Assembly: GCA_019058445.1 (NCBI GenBank)
Contig: JAHPZA010000008.1
Location: 10,315 to 74,314, forward strand
Source: Promethearchaeota archaeon
GTDB lineage: Archaea > Asgardarchaeota > Lokiarchaeia > Sigyniarchaeales > SOKP01
Length of the DNA stretch: 64,000 nucleotides
Direction of reading: 5' to 3'
This document shows, piece by piece, positions 58,460-64,000 of this stretch. Numbering within the stretch: position 1 is the stretch's first letter; every line of letters begins with the position of its first letter. The position numbers were made by a program, and so were the translations under genes. The notes under the pieces were generated by a model. The model saw only the letters and a list, made by a program, of their open reading frames with translations, made no database searches and was not told the DNA's origin.

Positions 58460-59152
58460 CTAATTTAATAGAATCCCATCTTCCATATGGATGATTCTAT
58501 CGGCACAAAACTTAAGTCTATCATCATGCGTAGCAATAAGTATTGTAGTACCTCTTTCATCCGCTATTTTTCTAAAGTATTCACCAATATTTTTACCATT
58601 CTCAGAATCTAGATTCCTTGTTGGTTCATCTGCAAAAATTAATTTCGGTTCATTAATCAAAGCACGAGCGATTGCTACCCGCTGGCGCTCTCCTCCACTA
58701 AGATTCTTAGGCTCGTGGTTTAATCTATGTCCCATATTGAGCATTTTTAACATATCTTCACAGCGTTTTTTATAGCCGTTTTTATTCAATTTTCCAATCT
58801 TACACATAAGTTCGACATTTTGTAATACTGTCAAGGATTTAACTAAATTAAAAGACTGAAATATAAAACCAATTGAATCCCGTCGCGTTTCTGTTAAAAA
58901 TTCTGGTTTTGTTTTACTATCATAGATATTATCCTCAAAATAAATTTTGCCCTCGGTTGGATGGAGAAGCAATCCCATTACAGATAAAAGCGTAGTTTTT
59001 CCAGCCCCACTCGGCCCCATAAGAATTAAAACTTCCCCCTCGTTTAATTCAAAATTAACCTCTTTAAGGGCTTTAACTACAGAACCATTTAAACCATAAT
59101 ATTTAGACACATTTTCTAAAACCATTATCGGTGTTTTACTCATTTTTAGCAT
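58460..59152 (-). CDS. ABC transporter ATP-binding protein (LolD/MacB-type), orphan
   Basis: GPSGAGKTT, GFIFQSFNL, LSGGERQRVAIARAL, ADEPT, ATHD. Confidence 0.92.
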   Translation of the reverse strand: MLKMSKTPIMVLENVSKYYGLNGSVVKALKEVNFELNEGEVLILMGPSGAGKTTLLSVMGLLLHPTEGKIYFEDNIYDSKTKPEFLTETRRDSIGFIFQSFNLVKSLTVLQNVELMCKIGKLNKNGYKKRCEDMLKMLNMGHRLNHEPKNLSGGERQRVAIARALINEPKLIFADEPTRNLDSENGKNIGEYFRKIADERGTTILIATHDDRLKFCADRIIHMEDGILLN

Positions 59153-59246
59153 CTCTGATTAATTTGTTCAATTAAAAATTGGATGGGTAAGTATTAAATT
59201 ATTCAGAGACCAATTTTTGTCTAATTTATAATTAAAAAGCAATCTA

Positions 59247-59426
59247 TTATATTAGGTTTAAGAGGAAAATAATATAATCATAAAGCCATAAAAGAAATCG
59301 TTTTCTCCTATAATCATCACATTCATCAATTTTGAGTTTGTCCTCATCATGAAGTTTGCAATATCTATAATCTGAGGATAAACCTTTTGATTTCATTGAA
59401 AATCTGCAGTTTTTACAACATTTCAT
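59247..59426 (-). CDS. Unannotated 59-aa Cys/His-rich small protein with a hydrophobic tail
   Basis: MKCCKNCRFS...YCKLH...ECDDYRRKRFLLWLYDYIIFLLNLI*; AAGGA upstream; below the ORF-track cutoff. Confidence 0.55.
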   Translation of the reverse strand: MKCCKNCRFSMKSKGLSSDYRYCKLHDEDKLKIDECDDYRRKRFLLWLYDYIIFLLNLI

Positions 59427-59540
59427 AGATATTTCCTTATAAGAATTAATTGAATTCGCTGTAGCTTAGTAATATAATCATAAAAATTAGAGATTTTAAA
59501 TGTAAGTAAAAAAAAATTTTAGCAATTTTTAAGCTAAAAC

Positions 59541-62183
59541 TCATTTTTGCTTTTTTCTTATCTCATAAATTATAGAAATTATAGATAATACTGTTAGCAC
59601 ATAAATTAATATCACTTTATATCCCAGAATAGTTAAGGTTTTTTCAGAACTATCGTCATCATCACCGCCACCGCCGCCACCGCCGCTAATCACGTCTATT
59701 GAAAGATAAATTTCAAAATAATTATCTCTAAAGGGGCTGATAATGATAGTTTCTGTTTGTCCATAGGTTCCAATGGTAATAGTTAGATTTAAGAAACCTC
59801 TATAGGCCTGAAAGGAGGTGACGCCTATATTATTCGTTGATTCTATTCCACTTCTGCTAATATTTCTCTGGTTAAAGAACTCTGGATAGGCATCAACAGC
59901 AATTTTCGAATCTCCTGTTTTATTAAACCAAGCAAAAGTTTCCCAAATAGTAGCATCGACCCAATCAGTCCCATTCCAAATCTGAGCCCATGTATAATAT
60001 TCGGGGCTCCAATAATTCATCCCAACGATATTTGGATGTTGATAAATCCATTCTAATTGATGTAATACCCATGTTTTTTGTCCATCTTGTGTTTGCGGAA
60101 ACTCAGTGATATTATGTGTCCAAGTAGGAAAAACATAAGTCCCTGTGTTATTACTTCCATATGAAGTTTCTGGAACTAATATTTTATCTGACCCAGGTAA
60201 CCCGCTTGATGCTAAAACCCGAATTGTCTCAAGAAATCCATTTTCTGCTGTATCACCGCCCCAAGTAGGGTGATATGATAATCCTATAATGTCATAAGGT
60301 ATCCCATAATCTCTCATTGCTGTATAAAACGCAACTGCAAAGGAAGGATCTGATATAGCAATATGAAGCATAAACTGCGCTTCAGGATCTGCTTCAAGCA
60401 CACCTTCAATAGCAGCTTTTATTATTCTGGATTCGTTATACCATGTATTCGCTCGTAACCATGTTAGGTTATGTTTTGGCTGATCGGCCGTAGCAAATGT
60501 TCCGCAAATTCCATAATCGATTTCATTACCAATTTCATAAAATTCCATATTAATCCCTTCCTCGATAAAATGTTGAGTTACATTCTTGCTATATTCCTTG
60601 ACTGTGATCAATAAATCATCAAAGGATAATCCTTCAAAACGTTCGGGTAATGGTGCCTTATTAACATCAGCCCAATCATCGCTTAGGAATATTACTAAAT
60701 ATGGAATACTTCCATTATTTTGAGCCCAACGTGCCATTTGGGTTGCATTTTCTAAAGAATTTTTTCCTCCTTCATTTGTCCAAAGACGAGTTCTAAAACT
60801 ATTTGCGCGTATGTTTCCAAAAAATTCAAATGGTAGCACTTCAATGCCATTATGATACCAACTACGACCCTCTCTTATCATTTCTTCTACATAATTAGCG
60901 TCAATGCCCATTAATTTCGGGTATACCCTTTGGTCGTAGAGAATTTTTGCGTTTGGAACCACATCGCCATGCTTATCTAAAATTTTGATATTAGTATTAA
61001 TCAAGGAAAGCAAGGTTCGATTAATTGTTACGTTACCGATAGCCGACCATTCTCCAGGTCCGCTTTCATTATGGGCTCTCACTTTCCAATAATAAGTCCC
61101 ATCTTCCTCAAACATGTGAATGTATTCGCTCTCCTTGAGATTCCAAAGAGGATATCGATGAAAGGGAACTCCAATAAAATATGAAACATTAACATTTTCA
61201 CTTTCAGGTTTCCATAAAGGATATCTTTCGATTGATGATATTCTAACTTCATCAAATGTAGCATTTATCCAATTCCCAATCCCCAATATAGAGCCTAAGT
61301 AAAAATTACTGTCAAAATCTCCAAAACCTATGGGAAAATAAGGTGTAGCAGCTTCCTCTATTCCATCAAGATATAATCTTGCCATTTCATCCCCCCATGT
61401 TAGGCAAATGTGATGCCAATCTCCCGCTTTCCAATCCTGTTCTCTAGAGGGCATAACTATATAATAAGTATCATTAATTACGGAGGTTGCATAAACTTTA
61501 TGAGAGTTTGGGTCTACAAGGATACTAAATCGAGTCACATTAGGAACTACAGTCATAACATGATCAAAGAAAAAACAATAATCAGTGGCATCAACCAAAT
61601 CTTCCTCTAATTTTACCCAAAACTCAATCGTACCTTTTTCTAGATCTAAATTATTCGTAATATTATATCCTAGAGCTGCGTTATCACTTCCGTTAACTAA
61701 GACGCCTTTCCCAAATTTCCCCTGTAAATAGGATAATCCACTTGAAACTAATGGATCTTCATTATCCTCCGTTTTTAAAGTATCGTTGAAATGAGCAAGA
61801 AAAATCGTATATTGATCTTCAGCTAAAGTGGAATTCGACCAGTCATTAATAGCAAAGCGAGCAGCTTCGGGAGAATTAAAATCTGTATCGTTATCCATTA
61901 CAAACTCGTAAAAAATTTTATCAGATGGGAGTCCTACATCCGCCCAATCGAATTTTACAATATTAGATGTGTTAGTTGATTGGTTTGCAGGAGCCAACAA
62001 TAAGGGTATCCCAGAAGGATTATCTGCAATTTTTAAATCAAGATCTTCTATATTTATTATATGATTATTATCATTAGAATCAGTAGAATTCAGCTGATTT
62101 TTATAGTTATTCGCGATTGTCCCATTTAAAATTGAGCAAATTAAAAGAGTTAACAAGAATGATTGAATCTTTAATTTGACCAT
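59541..62183 (-). CDS. Secreted, membrane-anchored GH53 endo-beta-1,4-galactanase-like protein with FN3-like and LamG domains
   Basis: Signal peptide; LamG (GTIEFW, WHHICLTW, LYLDG, FDEVRIS); GH53 motifs SDDWAD, GNE, IGLSYHP, ETSY, YWSPE; G7-D4 linker plus ILGY-TM-RKK anchor. Confidence 0.85.
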   Translation of the reverse strand: MVKLKIQSFLLTLLICSILNGTIANNYKNQLNSTDSNDNNHIINIEDLDLKIADNPSGIPLLLAPANQSTNTSNIVKFDWADVGLPSDKIFYEFVMDNDTDFNSPEAARFAINDWSNSTLAEDQYTIFLAHFNDTLKTEDNEDPLVSSGLSYLQGKFGKGVLVNGSDNAALGYNITNNLDLEKGTIEFWVKLEEDLVDATDYCFFFDHVMTVVPNVTRFSILVDPNSHKVYATSVINDTYYIVMPSREQDWKAGDWHHICLTWGDEMARLYLDGIEEAATPYFPIGFGDFDSNFYLGSILGIGNWINATFDEVRISSIERYPLWKPESENVNVSYFIGVPFHRYPLWNLKESEYIHMFEEDGTYYWKVRAHNESGPGEWSAIGNVTINRTLLSLINTNIKILDKHGDVVPNAKILYDQRVYPKLMGIDANYVEEMIREGRSWYHNGIEVLPFEFFGNIRANSFRTRLWTNEGGKNSLENATQMARWAQNNGSIPYLVIFLSDDWADVNKAPLPERFEGLSFDDLLITVKEYSKNVTQHFIEEGINMEFYEIGNEIDYGICGTFATADQPKHNLTWLRANTWYNESRIIKAAIEGVLEADPEAQFMLHIAISDPSFAVAFYTAMRDYGIPYDIIGLSYHPTWGGDTAENGFLETIRVLASSGLPGSDKILVPETSYGSNNTGTYVFPTWTHNITEFPQTQDGQKTWVLHQLEWIYQHPNIVGMNYWSPEYYTWAQIWNGTDWVDATIWETFAWFNKTGDSKIAVDAYPEFFNQRNISRSGIESTNNIGVTSFQAYRGFLNLTITIGTYGQTETIIISPFRDNYFEIYLSIDVISGGGGGGGDDDDSSEKTLTILGYKVILIYVLTVLSIISIIYEIRKKQK

Positions 62184-62336
62184 ATTTTTTTACTTTTATT
62201 ATTGATTTATTATAAAAATTTCAGTTTAGTTAATATAAAAATTCAATGTTCATTTCACATTTGATTTTGATGATTAAAAAATTAAAAAAAACTAAATCAT
62301 TATAAGATGTAATAAAAAAATCAAGGTTAATAAAGT

Positions 62337-62927
62337 ATGGGAGATTTAAAGGTAGAAGTTACGTATTTCGAAAAGACAGGACCAGAAAATACTGATAAAG
62401 CCCTAGAAATTGCTAAAAAATATGCAGATCAACTTAATATAAAAGATATTGTGCTTGCGAGCACTACTGGGACTGTTGCTGAAAAAGCAGTTGAGGTATT
62501 TAATCCGAATGAATATAATGTAGTTATCATAACACACTCATATTATTTTGTTAATAGTTCTGTACGACAAGAATTCCCTGAAGATAAAATGGAAGCGTTA
62601 AAACAAAAAGGCCTAAAATTCCACGTTGGTACGCATGCTATGAGTGGCATTGAAAGAGGTATAAGGCTTAAGGAAGAAGCATGGATTTTTGTTGATCTCT
62701 TAGCAAAAATGTTAGGCTTTCAATTTTGTCAAGGTGTAAAGGTATGTATTGAAATTGCAAGCACTCTTTGTGATGCGGGACTAATTCCTGACCTCGAACG
62801 GAATATTATTAGCGTTGGAGGTACAGGAAGGGGGGCTGATACTGTATGTCTAATAAAACCTGCGCCAACGAGTGAGTTTAAAAATCTTAAAGTAAAGGCG
62901 CTATTGGCAAAACCATTTAATTTTTAA
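62337..62927 (+). CDS. Pyruvate kinase C-terminal-like alpha/beta protein (AF0103/MTH1675 family)
   Basis: YFEKTGPENT, VLASTTG, THAMSGIER, GVKVCIEI, DAG, GGTGRGADT. Confidence 0.85.
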   Translation: MGDLKVEVTYFEKTGPENTDKALEIAKKYADQLNIKDIVLASTTGTVAEKAVEVFNPNEYNVVIITHSYYFVNSSVRQEFPEDKMEALKQKGLKFHVGTHAMSGIERGIRLKEEAWIFVDLLAKMLGFQFCQGVKVCIEIASTLCDAGLIPDLERNIISVGGTGRGADTVCLIKPAPTSEFKNLKVKALLAKPFNF

Positions 62928-62951
62928 ATTAAACAACTAATTCTTTTTATG

Positions 62952-62987
62952 TTATTAGAACCAGTATAACTTATAAAGTTCTATTAA
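62952..62987 (-). repeat. Subterminal hairpin at the probable right end of the IS200/IS605 element
   Basis: TTATTAGAAC (62952-61) / GTTCTATTAA (62978-87) inverted repeat with one mismatch, just downstream of the tnpB stop. Confidence 0.5.
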
Positions 62988-63011
62988 GAATTGGATAAAA
63001 TTCTAGGAATC

Positions 63012-64000
63012 TCAACAAATTTTAACAATTCGAGGCGATAACACCATCGCCGCTATTCCCTTACCAGTGAAGGCTGTGGGAACTACTTTTCTTAAAATAT
63101 TCATTGCGGCATTCACATCCGCATTGATTTTAATCCCTTTACTCGATTGAAATAAACCTCGCTTGACTCGTTTACCCATATATGTATCATGCTTACCTAT
63201 TGATTCGTTATCCAAAGCAGAACATTTACTCGTATAGGCCTCATCTATGAGAACTACTTCTATTCCCGCAAGCTGTGCTTTGTATTGAATCATCCGGATT
63301 AATAGCAGGTGAGGGATAGAAACAAAAGTTTGGTTATTTCTTGCCCCCATATGAGAGTCTTGCTTCCATTCTTTATTATATCCAATAATAATTGTCCCTA
63401 TATTATTAATCTTTGAATAGATTATAAGTATGTGCGAGGTTTTGTGAAAGTAATCTTTAATTTTATTATTCCGCTTTTTTGTCTGAATATTCATTTTCAT
63501 TGTTTCAGGATGAGAGGGATCGACAAAAGATCGGTTGATACCTCTTACCTTATTGTACCATTGATTGATAGATTTAACGACACTTCCTTTAATTATGAGG
63601 GGTCTCTGCCCAATATTGTTTGCGGTAGTAAGAAGGTTATTTATCCCTATATCAATGGAAAGTATGCGTTTTTTATCCAAAACGAGTTCTTTTTCTTTAT
63701 AATTATAAATTATCTCCATAATATAATAGCTTCCTTTCGGAAGAATTCGTATCTGCTGATGCTTTTTTATTCGAGTTTTAATAAGAGGAAGATTCACAGA
63801 TTTCGGGAATTGGATATGTCCATTTTTTATCCAAGAATTTTGGTTGGTAAAAATGGCTATGGATTCCCCATTCTTTCTTTTATAATTAGGCATTTTGGGG
63901 CGACCAAGAAATTTACTTTTATCTTTTGCATATTCTTTTACTGCGTTCCAATAAGACTTCCAGTTTTTCATAACCAATCGCAAGATCTGCTGAGAGGTTT
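63012..64000 (-). CDS. tnpB: RNA-guided endonuclease TnpB (5' end outside the window)
   Basis: TSQQILR..KNWKSY, SIDIGINN (RuvC-I), IGYNKEWKQ, DEAYTSK, NADVNAAMNI (RuvC-III); frame is open to the window edge. Confidence 0.92.
   Translation of the reverse strand, partial: TSQQILRLVMKNWKSYWNAVKEYAKDKSKFLGRPKMPNYKRKNGESIAIFTNQNSWIKNGHIQFPKSVNLPLIKTRIKKHQQIRILPKGSYYIMEIIYNYKEKELVLDKKRILSIDIGINNLLTTANNIGQRPLIIKGSVVKSINQWYNKVRGINRSFVDPSHPETMKMNIQTKKRNNKIKDYFHKTSHILIIYSKINNIGTIIIGYNKEWKQDSHMGARNNQTFVSIPHLLLIRMIQYKAQLAGIEVVLIDEAYTSKCSALDNESIGKHDTYMGKRVKRGLFQSSKGIKINADVNAAMNILRKVVPTAFTGKGIAAMVLSPRIVKIC

Larger units (their letters stand above)
62951..64000 (-). mobile_element. IS200/IS605-family element (partial; continues beyond the window)
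   Basis: tnpB ORF plus downstream hairpin; right-end position is approximate. Confidence 0.75.

Noticed and set aside
92-61610. Numerous 60-150 aa ORFs nested in or antisense to long genes
   Set aside because: Shadow ORFs with no motifs, overlapping well-supported CDS.
1-64000. CRISPR arrays, tRNA or rRNA genes, provirus
   Set aside because: No spaced repeats, GC-rich structural RNA segments or viral hallmark genes were seen by eye.

Overview
AT-rich, gene-dense archaeal chromosome segment, most likely a Lokiarchaeia (Asgard) genome. Support: deoxyhypusine synthase, pyruvoyl arginine decarboxylase, longin-like domain proteins, many stand-alone 7TM proteins, a Loki-CTERM-like anchor, GAGGTGA/GGAG ribosome-binding sites and oligo-T terminators. 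About 50 CDS; I saw no rRNA, tRNA or CRISPR array. Most genes are for heterotrophic scavenging: MFS/ABC transporters, D-amino-acid enzymes, GH29-like and GH53 glycosidases, and M28-like peptidases. An organic-acid/energy region (26-50 kb) holds ilvD, a korDABC-type 2-oxoacid:ferredoxin oxidoreductase operon ending in an FrhB-PyrK fusion, a B12 acyl-CoA mutase with non-canonical specificity residues, a beta-decarboxylating dehydrogenase, LeuCD-like genes and an ICL-family lyase. A partial IS200/IS605 tnpB lies at the right edge. Most notable: (i) a tandem pair of 7TM-longin membrane proteins; (ii) the FrhB-PyrK fusion and atypical mutase; (iii) N- and C-terminal stubs of a second dehydrogenase gene bracketing a ~4.5 kb block containing the mutase; (iv) at least three genes that appear to start at AUU; (v) a 71-aa protein made of tandem acidic-Trp motifs. 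All assignments come from motif recognition by eye; no database searches were run.
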